From contig NC_043005.1 in NCBI RefSeq assembly GCF_006345805.1, positions 72,044,001 to 72,108,000 of the forward strand: DNA of 64,000 bases. The letters run 5' to 3'. A model generated the notes under the pieces. The model did not search any database and was not told where the DNA came from. It saw nothing but the letters and a program-made list of their open reading frames with translations. Made by a program: the position numbers and the translations under genes. Below are positions 1-12,379 of this stretch, one piece after another. Position 1 is the stretch's first letter, and each line of letters opens with the position of its first letter. The DNA is from Octopus sinensis (taxonomy: Eukaryota).

Positions 1-164
1 AATATGGTACTATTTATGCAAATGTGTTTTTCCAGTTGAGGGAAATCCTTGTTAGTTGTAATTGTGTGTATATTATCTGTTTGTGCAGAGAAAGTGGAAT
101 AAAGCTTCAATGAAATATTGACCTAAATAAGACTGAAACTGGCCACACTATAGAGAGCTATATA

Positions 165-165
165 G

Positions 166-226
<61 letters not shown>
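165..226. repeat. (ATT)n microsatellite
   Basis: Pure ATT run; similar runs at ~18760-18808, ~31050-31105 and ~41190-41238. Confidence 0.95.
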
Positions 227-228
<2 letters not shown>

Positions 229-412
229 CTCGCCTTAGTGAAAGCGGAGGTATTGTTTTCAATTGTGTTTGTTTGTTTGACCATGGACAAGATATCTCAA
301 GAACTGCTTGATGGATTTTGATGAAACTTTCAGGGATGTATATAACACTCTTTATCTGCCAGAAAGAGTGCTAAAACAATTGGTTATATTTGTAATGTTT
401 TCTGTGTAACTA
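224..412 (+). mobile_element. Helentron/DINE-1-like non-autonomous element, 5' part
   Basis: TTATTACCCTCGC...GCGGAGGT sub-terminal hairpin, then (GTTT)n and GGATTTTGATGAAACTT, the layout typical of HINE/DINE-like elements; 3' boundary uncertain. Confidence 0.45.
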
Positions 413-471
413 TCAAAATGGCTTACGTATATATTTCTTATGTAGAGTATAGATTGCTGTAAGTCTGTGTT

Positions 472-766
472 CAGTTGCAGACTGGCCAGGATGCCAGCTT
501 GCCTGATGGCAAGTGGGCCCTTGTGCCATTAGAATCCATATATGGGGGCCCATGTTAGTGTCTAAGGGGCCCATCCCCTTATGTTTGAGAATTTTTTTCT
601 TCACTCCTGGAAGAATGCATGAATTATTTCAGTCTGGCTGTGTTTGTAGACATTTGAAAAGAATGCTTATAACAAAAAAGAAAAAAATTAAATGATAGCA
701 TTGTAGTTGTGGGGGAGCCCCCTTAGTCTCCTGGCAACCAATATTTTTAGACCCAGTCTGCCACTG
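472..766 (+). mobile_element. hAT-like MITE (~295 bp)
   Basis: Terminal inverted repeats (TIRs) CAGTTGCAGACTGG / CCAGTCTGCCACTG (13/14); homologous copy at 7568-8022; 8-bp TSD only degenerate. Confidence 0.75.
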
Positions 767-1120
767 TCTATATAATATGTTGGCATTGTATATTTTCTAA
801 ATTATTTATTAAAGATATATAATTCACCATTTTACTTTGTGTTCTTTTAATATACTCTTGGGATTTTACGTGAAATTCTTTGAACCAAACTCCAAATTTA
901 CAAAATGAACAGGAGTAGAACTCTAATAGTATGCTCTGCAAAGTTCCTAATGTTTCCTACTTGCCAATACAGTTAGCCAAGTTTGGATTACAAACTTAAA
1001 AAGTGCTTGTCTGTATTTTGAAATTCTTATTTCCTTGATATATATATATATATAATTATAAGCAGTAATAAATTTTAGAGCGAGATTTGGGTGGCAAATA
1101 TTCTTCATGATATATAGATA

Positions 1121-1515
1121 GGCACATGAGTGCCTGTGTGGTAAGTAACTTGCTTACCAAACACATGGTTCCGGGTTCAGTCCCACTGCATGGCAGCTTG
1201 GGCAAGTGTCTTCTACTATAGCCTCAGGCTGACCAAAGCCTTTTGAGTGGATTTGGTAGACAGAAACTGAAAGAAGCCCGTCGTATATATGTATATGTAT
1301 ATATATATGTGTGTGTGGGGGGGTGTTTGTGTGTCTGTATTTGTCCCCCCAACTAATGCTGGAGTGTTTATATCCCCGTAACTTAGCGGTTCAGCAAAAG
1401 AGATCGATAGAATAAGTACTAGGCTTACAAAGAATAAGTCCTGGGGTTGATTTGCTCGACTAAAGGCGGTGCTCCAGCATGGCCACAGTCAAATGACTGA
1501 AACAAGTAAGAGAGT
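1121..1515 (+). mobile_element. tRNA/CORE-type SINE, family C (head + microsatellite + ~200 bp tail)
   Basis: Head with GGTTCAGTCCC B-box and CORE-like ..CTTGGGCAAGTGTCTT; tail ending GACTGAAACAAG; about 20 full or partial copies in the window. Confidence 0.85.
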
Positions 1516-2759
1516 AATAAATAAATATATATATATATAGCTATCTGAGAATCCATAAGTCAGGAAAAATATATGTTCATATATTTCTTAATATATATAT
1601 ATCTGACCAACCCATGCTAGCATGGAACATGGGCATTATGATGATGATCTGCACATAGAAACAAGTATTTGTTTTATTTGAAGTTATGCATAAAATACAT
1701 GTTGCTTATATAGAATATAAGTTGTCGTAAATCTGCATTCATATACATAAGTACACGTAGAGGAACAAGTATTTGTTTTATATGCAGATATGCATTACAT
1801 TGTGTTTGTACATCATGAAAGCCTAAAACTATTCAGAAACAGTAATAGAAGATAGACATGTTTACACACACACTTTAGAGTTTGTATATATATATTTGTG
1901 TGCATATGTATGTTTTGTATACCTGTGTACCTATGTATGGACGTTAATGTCCTTAATTGTACAAGTAGTATCTAGTCATCAGTGATGCTTGTATTTACCA
2001 ATACAACATCAAATCTCTATACCTGTGTGTTTGCTGTATGAAATTTAATGACGTTCTCTTAAGGAGTCACTTTGGTTTCTAAAATACTGGCTTGGTTGTA
2101 AATATTTGTTTGTTTTTTTGTTGTTGTTTTTTTTTCTTATTTTCTCAATGAAGACCAAAATGGTAAAAGATGGGAATAAGATATGTTTTCAAAACTGTAA
2201 CAGCACTTTATTGTAAGTAACTATTTCAAGTGAAAACATAAAAATGTTTGGACATATATCACCAAGTATAGTTGATATGAATGCCAAGAGTAAGAAGAAG
2301 GGGGAAAAAATGTATCTATAAATTATGTCTGTGAATAAACCAATCACACACTGACTCAATGAAGGAGCCTCTTCTTGGTCTCTTGATATATTAGAAATAG
2401 CGACCAAATCTCTTTCAAATCCCATGCTATCATATTGGAAAACGAAGGACGTTGTTGATAATGTACTGAAAACAAAATAGGAATGTGGTGGGCTATGAAT
2501 GTAATGTCTTTGATTGTAGATTTGCTCAATCTCAGAAGTCCTAGGGTTTAATAACAATAACATCAGCTTTATTTTACAGCATGCTGTTGGTGACATTATG
2601 TCTGTAATAAATTTTCAGTAGTAGAAACCATGCCAAAGCAGACATTAGGTCTTGGTGCAGTCCTCAAGCAAGTCAGTTTCTATCAACCCATGCCAGCATG
2701 TAAAATGTACATTAAATATTTTAATGTTTAATGGTGGTGGTGGTGGTGATGGTTTCTAA

Positions 2760-2942
2760 TTTTGAGGTCAACAATTTTGGGAAGGAGAGTAAATAATTTA
2801 CATCGACCTTCATAATCAACTCAAACTTATTTTATTGACTCTGAAAGTCGAGCTCAGCAGAATTTGAACTCAGAACATAAAAACAGATGAGATGCAGCTA
2901 AGCATTTTGTCCAGTGTGCTTATGATTCTGCCAGCTCACCAT
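2760..2942 (-). mobile_element. tRNA-derived SINE, family M, degraded
   Basis: Reverse complement of GAGCTGGCAGAATC...CTGAGTTCAAATT head. Confidence 0.7.
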
Positions 2943-4945
2943 TCCATCACCAACAACAACAACCACCAAATTCACCACCACCATCTTCTTCACCACCATT
3001 ATCACCACCACACTGGGTACTATGACAGACACACCATATACCCTGTTAATCACACATTTGTGTGGTATTGCTTAATCCTTATGGCTTCCAAAGCTAATAA
3101 TACCTTAAGAAATAGTTCCTATTAGGCCCCTAGTGTCCATTAGTTTTATACCATCAGCCACCATTATTAATGCACAAACCACACTAAAAAGATGTTCTTG
3201 GGTTTCTTAAGACTTAATTTTCTTCACCCATAAAAGGCCTGAGAGGCCCCAGTATCAGTTGATTAAATTGTCTCCATTTACTATTGTACTTTATTAATCA
3301 CCAGAAGAATTAAAAGCGAAGCCAATGATTATTTTTAATTAAACTATTGAACATCTTATTAATCTTGAACCTGTGGCTAAAATATTAATTTTTCTTGCCA
3401 ACTTCGTATGACAATTTTGTGGATTGTTAATTATTTCCTTTATTGCTATTTTCTTTCTGCGTTATAGCATTTATTCTAAGCATTTCTGACCACTTTTAGC
3501 GCTCCCTGGTAATTTAACAACTCAGACTGCTGCTCTCATTAAAACTCTTAAATTAACTGCTACAATTATCAATTACTGCTCACTATGTTGTATATTGATA
3601 GTTTTCCTCTTTTAATCTGCTATTTATCAATCAAATCTAAATTCTAAACCAACTGAAAATGTTTTTCACATGAAAGAATTAATTATGAATGAATGGAGTG
3701 ACTTCGATCTGCTAGAAATAGCAGCCAAGTCTTCATCCGATTCAATTTTATTTTCACCCGAGGAAAGTTCACAGTGGACAGTTTGGTCTAGAGGTGTTTT
3801 TTTCAGGTATTTTCAGTACCTGAAAAAAGAAGAGATGATCAGTGCTGGAACACTTTGTTAATAAATCAGCTCAATCATTACTGACCTAGGGCTTAGCAAC
3901 AATCAACAATGACAAGGATTCACTAATCTTCACTGTCTTCAATATCCCCCCCACCACCACCACCACCTGTGTCTCTATCAAATTGACATCATACGACTCT
4001 CAGCCATTATTCCCTATTTTTATCTTCAATTTCATCCTCTTTCCTCTCTCTCTTTCTGTCTTGTCTGTTAGTCCAACTCTCTCTCTCTCTCTCCCCACCA
4101 CCGATTGCCAATAGTCTTTACAACCATGGGAAATAGAACATAGTTTGCAGTTGATGAATAACTAGTTTATCTAATTTCTGAAATCTTCACAATTTTCGTT
4201 TTGAAAACCTCTTTACATATCTCTCATTTAATTGACCTAGAACATGGTCATTCAATTCCAATCACTGCCAATTTATGAAAAACTCTTTCCCTTTCAGCAG
4301 CTTTCACTATCAGCTTTTACCGATTCTTCTTCTATTTCCTTTGTTCTCTTTTTCTTAACTATTTTCAATATTGTTAAATTTCAATAAATATTCTCTTTAT
4401 TTTTATTTCCTGCTATTCTCTGCAGAATGAAATTTGTTCACCGATGGAAATAATCAGCGAATACTGTTGGCACAATCTATTGTTGGCTTGTGAAAGGGGG
4501 ATCAACACTATTGAATTATCGAAACTGTACTTGAGCGAGTCTCTCGTTGTACAGCAGAGAGTTAAACTTCACCCACTTTGTTTCATGTGAAATTCAAAAG
4601 CTGTCAGTTAATTCTTAACCTACAGCTCAATTTTTATTCTTCTATATTTATTTCCTTGTTATTATTACCAGTAATTTTAATAAAACTTTGGCAAGCTTAA
4701 TATAAATTACTTTCGTTGTTACTTTTATTAGCATTATTGTTATTATCATTATTATCATTTTCCTTTCTGTGAGCAGCATTACAGTTGGAATCTGCAAACC
4801 TATCTTTTATTACCCATTTGTATCAGCCTTATTTTATTCCCATTGCTAATATCTTTAGAAACGTCTCACTGTCATTATGCTTCCTACAATGTATGTAGAT
4901 AGTTTGATACAAACATACATACATATATATATATACGTATACAGA

Positions 4946-5350
4946 GGTGCAGAAGTGGGTGTGTTGTAAGTAGCTTGCTTACCAACCACGTGGTTCCAGG
5001 TTCAATCCCACTGCATGGCACCTTGAGCAAATGTCTTCTACTATAGCCTCAGGCTGACCAAAGCCTAATGTGGATTTGGTTGATGGAAACTGAAAGAAGC
5101 CCAACGTGTATATATATATATGTGTGTGTGTGTATGTGTGTGTTTGTGTGTCTGTGTTTGCCCCTCTCCCCCAACATCACTTGACAACCAATGTTGATGT
5201 GTCTATGTGCCTGTAACTTAGCAGTTCGGCAAAAGAGACTGATAGAATAAGTACTAGGCTTACAAAGAATAAGTTCTGGGGTTGATTTGTTTGACTAAAG
5301 GCAGTGCTCCAGCATGGCTGCAATCAAATGACTAAAACAAATAAATGAGT
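4946..5350 (+). mobile_element. SINE family C, full length
   Basis: Colinear with 1121-1515. Confidence 0.85.
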
Positions 5351-5472
5351 AAATGAATATATATATATATATGTATATATGTATATATATACAGTTGTTG
5401 TTCATGTTTAATCCTAGGTCGTTGACCTAGGATTAGGTCAAACTTAATATATATATATATACGGTATTCCAA

Positions 5473-5544
<72 letters not shown>

Positions 5545-5832
5545 TGATATCCACCAGACTATCAGATGTGGTTATACATTGCTGGTCATGATGCGGTTTT
5601 GTATCATTTTAACTTTTGAATGATGTCACCCCATTGGCTACACGCACTGGCCAACATTCCCCTTGATTGGAAGACTAGTCTCTTGCAGGGCTACTCATCA
5701 AGAGCTGAATGGATTGGAGCAATGTGGAATGAAGTGTTTTACTCAAGAATACAACATGCAGCCAATCTGAGAATCGAAATCACAATCTCTTAATTGTAAA
5801 TACAACACCCTTAACCACTAGGCCATGTATCT
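5545..5832 (-). mobile_element. tRNA-derived SINE, head/body B with an alternative tail
   Basis: Reverse complement matches the head and body of 39638-39886, then a different 3' part. Confidence 0.6.
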
Positions 5833-6429
5833 TCACACACACATGCATTATATTTATGCACACATATGTACAATTATCATCATCTCCATCAGTTTTCTCA
5901 TCTCTGATTTTTCCATGTTGACATGGCTCAAATAAGACTTCTTGAGGCAGCATTCTGCTGCCTGATGCTCTCTCTGATGCCAACTCTTACTTAATTGAGA
6001 GTGAGGTTCTTCATTCTGATGGTGTCCTTTATACCTGGAATCACCCAGGAGTATGTTTTGTTTATGGTGGATACAAAATACATCATCACTATCTAAGCAG
6101 TGCGAATGCAAAGTGAATGCATGCACAGTACATACTTATATGTACATGTAAATGTGTATATGTGTGTGTTGAAGAACTACTGTTTTGAATGAGATAGCAT
6201 GACAGTTAACCAATGCTTAGAACTCTGTGTAAATCTTTGTATATCCGAATTCTTACAGAATATTAAGCATTATTCGTCTGGCGTTTCAATCTTATACAAT
6301 CAACTGCATTACAAATACCGCAGAACATAGTAGCATTTGTTGGTGAAGCATGTAAAGATTAGGTAATTTATAAGATGCTATAATAAAAAAAATTCAACTA
6401 ACTCTCCTGTATTATTCTACTCATATATA

Positions 6430-6430
6430 T

Positions 6431-6474
<44 letters not shown>

Positions 6475-6780
6475 CACACAAATGCACACATATAAATATA
6501 CATATATATATACATATACATACATATATATGCATATATATATACATATATGTATATATATATACATATATATATACTAAGCAATAAAGGGTTAGCAACG
6601 AATTGCCTTACCATATATATATATATATATATATACGCTAAATGATGATGATGATGATGATGATGATATATATATATATATAGTAGGGAATATATTATAG
6701 TATATTTAAATTTTTTCTATTTAATATGGATAATGTCCTTCACTATTGAATTGCTTAATAGAGGTTATTTCTCTTAATTA

Positions 6781-6811
<31 letters not shown>

Positions 6812-6842
6812 ATATATATATAATATATATAATAATATATAT

Positions 6843-6887
<45 letters not shown>

Positions 6888-6888
6888 G

Positions 6889-6925
<37 letters not shown>
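6430..6925. repeat. Compound (AT)n/(ATC)n/(TATC)n microsatellite region
   Basis: Directly visible; other large (AT)n blocks at ~5360-5545, 16555-16870, 17270-17600, 26040-26330, 27035-27495, 33350-34035, 43600-43750, 44070-44440, 44835-45010, 49850-50050, 60715-60770. Confidence 0.95.
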
Positions 6926-6927
<2 letters not shown>

Positions 6928-6929
<2 letters not shown>

Positions 6930-7085
6930 GGAGTGGTTGGCGTTAGGAAGGGCATCCAGCTGTAGAAACACTGCCAGATCTGACTGGCCTGGTGCAGCCT
7001 TCGGGCTTGCCAGACCCCAGTTGAACCGTCCAACCCATGCTAGCATGGAAAGCGGACGTTAAACGATGATGATGATGATAATGAT
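6928..7085 (+). mobile_element. Retroposon family R, 3' end with (GAT)n tail
   Basis: GGTTGGCGTTAGGAAGGGCATCCAGC...GCATGGAAAGCGGACGTTAAAC(GAT)n. Confidence 0.8.
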
Positions 7086-7567
7086 GATGATATATACATA
7101 CACACACACATACTCACACACACCTCTATCTGTGCATAAACAAATGTTGATATCCTGTACTTTCACTTGAGCAAAATGATTTTCATTCATTTTCAACATT
7201 ATAACTTGTTGCTTTGCATTTTCAAAGACCTGTGGCATAAAAAAATCTCTTACTTGTAAAAAAAATTTAGTATTGGTGACAATAGTAGCATCCAGCCATA
7301 AAATTCTGTTCCAAATAAATACAAGTTGAATCCATAGCAGCATGGAAAAAAATGTAAATCTATTCTTTCGATATTTTGCAAGGGTTACCAGTATTGGCAT
7401 ATTTTTCTAATGTATTAAAATCTTACTGGGCTGGTTATGTTGCCTGTTTGTATCTTTACTCCAGTTATGAGATTGACAGAATCAGATAAGTTTAGAACAA
7501 AATTCAGACAGAGGCCAAGTTAACCTTTAGTTGGTCAGCATTTGATAAAACATAGTACAGTTTGAGT

Positions 7568-8022
7568 CAGTGGTGGTCTGGCCAGGTTGCCAGCTTGACT
7601 GATGGCAAGTGGGTCCCTGTGCTATTAGAATCTATATATGAAGGCCCATGTTAATATCTAAGGGGAGAGTTTATGGAAAAAGCAAAAATCGAAGACAGGT
7701 GGTGCACAAAACAAACAGATGTATTAATATAACGCTCAGGAATTGAAAAAGTCTTTTATGTTTCGAGCTTACACTCTTCTACAGAAAGGGACACAGAAAA
7801 AAACAAGGAGAGAAAAAAAATGTGTAAGGGGCCCGTCCCCTCAAGTTTGAGAACTTTTTCTTCACTCCTGGACAATAATTATTTCAGCCAGTCTTTGTTT
7901 GTAGACAATTGAAAAGAATATTTCCAAAAAAAAAAAAAAGAAATTAAATGATAGCATTGTAGTTGCGGGTGGGCCCCCTTAGTCTCCTGGCAACCAATAC
8001 TTCTAGGCCTATTACACCACTG
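7568..8022 (+). mobile_element. hAT-like MITE, second copy, carrying a nested insertion
   Basis: CAGTGGTG...CACCACTG ends; flanks GTTTGAGT/GTTCAAGT (6/8, degenerate 8-bp TSD); colinear with 472-766 apart from 7666-7824. Confidence 0.75.
7666..7824 (-). mobile_element. Short element with hammerhead-like variant motif (family H3)
   Basis: Flanked by TAAGGGG at 7659-7665 and 7825-7831 (single in the empty MITE copy); homologous to 45741-45940 and 61076-61265. Confidence 0.75.
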
Positions 8023-8412
8023 GTTCAAGTATTATCGTTAATTCACTTGTCTGAATTAGAAAATAATAATTGATGTAAGTCACTTGTTGTTGATCAATAT
8101 TTCTCCATTTTCTGTTTACTTTAAAGTTATATACATTCAGCTCTGAGCTGAAACTAGAAAAAAAATATATATGTATATATATATATCCAAAATTATATAA
8201 TTATAAATAGAAATTAAAATATTTTTTATTTGATATTTATTCATAATTTTGATAATAATTATCAATACTAACAACCAAAGAATCATTTATTTAAGATATT
8301 CAGAGATACTTCAAAACAGTATCATTTTTATAATATTTTCCTTTCTACTCATGTTATGACCATGTTCTGCTGATATATAAAAGTATTACATATATCAACA
8401 AAAATACATTCT

Positions 8413-9290
8413 TAGTGTCTCCAGAGCAATCTGTTTGTAGAACATTATTGAAGCAAGTAAGAAGAATAATTATCTCAGGGCTGTATTTGCAAGTGATCAG
8501 AGACAGGAGGCTGAATTGGATGCCAGAATTGATTGCAGGTGCTGGTATAATGCCAGCTTCTGCATTTGATCTTCAAAAGTGGGGAGACCGGTGAAAAGTC
8601 AAACTTGCTATCTTCAGTTTGGTTCCGTACCTATCCTTGCATATCATAACTGTTGGGTAATGATTGAAAGCATACAGTCATGAATACAACATGTTGAAAC
8701 AGATTTTATTCAAAGGATCTCTGGAGTAATATTACTTGACAGAGCATATAGCTCAGAGATCAGAGCATTTCTCCTGGGCAAGCCACTACTTCTCTGCATT
8801 GAGAGATCATAGCTTTAGTACTATGGACATGTGGTAAGAATGCCCCAAGAAAATATTGCAAGACACATTCTTCAAAGTAAGCCAATCAGTTGTTGTTGTT
8901 GTTGTTAAGCAACAAAACGAGTAAGGGTGATTAGGTGATGGTCTAGGGCTTAGGGCGGGAGACCCCAGACCTTGGAAAAAAGAAAAAGACTTTGGTCGTC
9001 TTGTTGTAGTCGAGAGCTCTTCATTGACGCCCGACACTACTGGGAGGTGGCCCTCAAAGTCGCTGGAATTGGAGATCCCAGGGCCAAATTCTTGAATGGC
9101 AGCCAACCAGTTGAAGACCAGGGGTAAACCAAGAACGAGATGGCTGGATAATATGCTTAGTCTCAGTTGGTCCTACTTGGGAATCCAGTAGGGAAGTAAA
9201 ATGATGATTGCTTCTGATAGGACTCTGTGGAGGTGGTACTTGAAAACTCTGTTCTTACAGCCATCCAAGAAATGGTCGGTGCTAAGAATG
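8413..9290 (+). mobile_element. RTE-clade (Rex3/Expander-like) LINE, decayed 3' fragment
   Basis: Translation with stops and frameshifts: YLRAVFASDQRQEAELDARI, KVKLAIF, VPILAYHNCWVMIE, PLLLCIERS*L*YYGHVVRMP, then GKPRTRWLD after the insertion. Confidence 0.8.
8893..9100 (-). mobile_element. 5'-truncated retroposon 3' end with (AAC)n tail
   Basis: 13-bp TSD AGCCAA(T/C)CAGTTG at 8880-8892 and 9101-9113; interrupts the RTE fragment; parent LINE not identified. Confidence 0.75.
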
Positions 9291-9292
9291 CG

Positions 9293-9635
9293 TCATTCAT
9301 TCATTGTTCAACCATGGTCGAGACAATGGAATTTACTATGTTACGCCAGACTTCATGGTCCATCATAGCATTATGGAGGTCCTGTTGCTGGATGCCTGTA
9401 TCCCAGGAGATTACATCAGGGTAGGAGAGTGTGCGCCCTCTGGTATTGCGAGCAGATGGCTTCCAGAGGAGAAGAGTAGAAATTACTCCGTTTTCAGCTC
9501 TACAACAATGTCCAGCAAACTGGATTCTTCTACCTTCCCAAGAGATGATACAGGTGGTAGTTTCCCATATATTTGTACTTTGGTTGGATGACACTTCCAC
9601 GAGAGATTTTGAGCTCTCATAAGAATGCGTGGATA
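9293..9635 (-). mobile_element. RTE-like LINE, 3' end with (TGAA)n tail
   Basis: RILMRAQNLSWKCHPTKVQIYGKLPP, one frameshift, then RRIQFAGHCCRA...LLLWKP...RGRTLSYPDVIS..TG...WRNIV; typical RTE C-terminus. Confidence 0.8.
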
Positions 9636-10113
9636 CAATACTGAATCTTGTCTAAATTGCCAATTCTTTTACTGTGTTTTCATAATTTCAAACGTATTTT
9701 ACCAAACTGTTTTTCATTTTTGGACATCTAGTGTATTTAGAAGAAACATTTATTTTCTTGACAATTGGTTTCCAGGCATATTTCCATTCTACTTTTTCAC
9801 ATTTAAATTATTTCACTTTTCCAATGATTGTCTCAACAGACATCTCAACTCCACTGCTGTGTCTAATATTTTTATTCAAATTTTTCCTTTACATTTGTTT
9901 TTACATTAATTATAATCACATGCATATAAACAAGATGTCACTATTTGTTCTCTAGAGCAACTGCTGTAACTACATTAGTTAGATGATGATAAATCTGTTC
10001 AGACTAGGAATGAAGTATCTTGTGGTATTTTTCCTAATGCTCTATACTCTGAGTTCAAATACTGCTAAGGTTGACTTTGCCTTCGTCCTTTCAGGATGGA
10101 TAAGTAAAGTACC

Positions 10114-10347
10114 TATTTCTTTACTACCCACAAGGAGCTAAAACATAGAGGGGACAAACAAGGACAGACAAATGGATTAAGTCGATTACATCGACCCTAG
10201 TGTGCAACTGGTACTTAATTTATCGACCCCGAAAGGATGAAAGGCAAAGTCGATCTCGACGGAATTTGAACTCAGAACGTAATGGCAGACGAAATATGGC
10301 TACATATTTTGCCCAGTGTGCTAACGTTTCTGCTAGCTTGCCGCCTT
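10114..10347 (-). mobile_element. SINE family M, full length
   Basis: A-box-like GCTAGCAGAAACG, B-box GAGTTCAAATTCC, central CTTTGCCTTTCATCCTTTCGGGGTCGATAAATTAAGTACC; inserted in an older opposite-strand copy. Confidence 0.85.
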
Positions 10348-10834
10348 TCAGGATGGATTAGTAAAGTACCAGTCAAAGATGGTATATTGCCAAAATTACT
10401 GAAGCATTGGGTTAGATATTAGTAACATGTGTTCTGGTTATTTGCCTTCTGAGTTCAAATTTGGCTTAGGTCAACTTTCTTTTTCATCCTCTTAGAGTCA
10501 TTACAAGAAAAAACACAGTCTAGGGCAAGGGTCAGCATTAGATGAGAAGTCTTGTAGTATTTTGTTTGGTTCTTTTATTCTCTGAGTTCTTAAGGGATTG
10601 ATTTAATCCATTAACTGCTTTAACACTATCTCCTGGTCCTTAGGTGACTTCAGTAGAATTCATTCTGTTGCCAGCATTCAAATCAGGTCTTTACTTCAGA
10701 GATAACATCTTTTCTCTCCCACCCACCACCAGTATTGGAGCCCTGTCTCGAAATAAAATAAAAACAAGCATATAGATAACCATAAAAAAAAAAATTATAA
10801 TTGCTTCGAATTTTAGCGCAAGGCCAGCAATTTT

Positions 10835-11042
10835 AGTGGAAGGATGTAAGTTGATTTCATTGACACTAACTCCCCCACCTCCCGTGTCCAACCAGTACCT
10901 TTTTCCTCAATCTTGCACGATCGTGGAAAAATCCTGAAAGGATGAAAAACAAAGTCAACTTCTGTGAAATTTGAACTCAAAATGTAAAGAGCCAGAAGAC
11001 ATACCAGTAAGCTTTTTATCTGTCTCTTACAATTCTGCCAGT
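10835..11042 (-). mobile_element. SINE family M, degraded
   Basis: Colinear with 10114-10347; further degraded copies at ~15765-15930, 18560-18748, 19110-19220, 37330-37530 and 58430-58530. Confidence 0.7.
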
Positions 11043-11088
11043 TTGATGTCTTATAATAATAATAATAATGATAATAATAATAATAATA

Positions 11089-11580
11089 AAGGTCACAGAG
11101 AACGAGAAAGCAACCATACTCTGGGATATGCCAATACACATGGATAGAGAAATTAAGGTCAACAGACCAGATATAGTTGTCAGAGATCATGAAGAAAAAA
11201 AATGCTTTCTAATTGATGTATCAATACCAGCAGATGACAACGTGTCTCTAAAAGAAATGGAGAAACTTTCAAAATACAAAGACCTGGAAATAGAGGTAAC
11301 TAGAATGTGGAATCTGAAAACAGAAACAATTCCTATCATAGTAGGTGCATTAGGCATGATAAAAAAATATTCAGACAAATACATAACAAAAACACCAGGA
11401 CTTACAAACACATATAACATACAGAAAATTGCACTACTAGGCACTGCACACATCCTACGCAGAACACTTTCCATACAATAACCATCAGAGCATCACAAAA
11501 AATTACAGCACATAACCAAGGCACACAGAGCTGCGGTCAGTAGTAAAGTGAAAGCACGCTATAAAAATAAAACTACTGAA
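11089..11580 (+). mobile_element. Dong/R4-clade non-LTR retrotransposon, 5'-truncated, with an open restriction-like endonuclease C-terminus (11089-11481)
   Basis: ILWD..I..DREI..NRPDIVV......CFLIDVSIP.D......E.EKLSKYKDL..E..RMW.......PIIVGALG...IQKIALLGTAHILRR; both flanks are (TAA)n-like. Confidence 0.9.
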
Positions 11581-11596
11581 TGATAAAAATAATAAA

Positions 11597-11705
11597 AGAT
11601 GGGCTACGGCAAATATTTTGCTCAATGCCACAGATTTGCTTGACCTTAACCAGATGAGCATGTCCCTTATAGGCTGATGATATGTGCATCTCTGATCACG
11701 AGCAG
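11597..11705 (-). mobile_element. Retroposon 3' tail, same family as 40400-41175
   Basis: Reverse complement of GATCAGAGATGCACATAT...GGGACATGCTC...GCAAATCTGTGG.ATTGAGC..AATATTTGC. Confidence 0.65.
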
Positions 11706-12379
11706 ATGAAATACTGCTTAGCATTTTGCCTGGCATGGTAACAATTCTGCCAGATCACTGTCTTCCTCAATATCTTTTGAAAATTTTTCTTGTTTAGGTG
11801 TTTCACTAAGTTACTTTTTCTGTACTTAACTGTAGCAACGTTGTTATGTTGTAGCAATTCCAGTTATGGTTCAAAGAACTCCTGAGTTTCAAAATTATTT
11901 TTTTAATATCTCCAACATTCAGATCCCCTTGTTAAATGCAATCTTATGCTAAGACTATGTTTTATTTTGATTTTTGTTATTGTTGTTGTTGGTTTTTTTT
12001 TTATCCTTTCTTGTACTTTATTCCCATCCTGTTATATGTCTATCCCTGCAACATTTCATTTGTCATTGTTATTTTATTTTTTTAAATTATAGACTGAAAT
12101 TGTGAGAGAGTATAAATGTTTTAATTGTTCTTTAACCCCAGGAAAGATTTGTTCAAGTAGACCCCTGAGCAAAACAAAGGTGTTATAACCATAACAATGA
12201 CTATTTAATATCCAAGACTGCATCATCCAATGTGTCCTTCTTAAAAGATGGTGGGATATAATTTAGGGGTGATTTGACTGCTGTTTCTAGCATAGAAATT
12301 CCCCATTAAAGTATAGCGATTCCAACTATCTGGCTGTCAACCAGTTTCTGTTGCTAAATTATTTTTAGTTATTGTTGTT

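Noticed and set aside
2189-3861. ORFs 2189-2596 and 3670-3861, with DILEIATKS / DLLEIAAKS-like similarity between the two loci
   Set aside because: The similarity comes from the GATTTGGCTGCTATTTCTAGC repeat core on the minus strand, not from paralogous exons
3900-4600. Possible promoter or 5' region (CT and CCA tracts, CCAAT motifs, acceptor near 4425)
   Set aside because: Motifs are short and expected by chance; the open frame after the acceptor is unrecognisable
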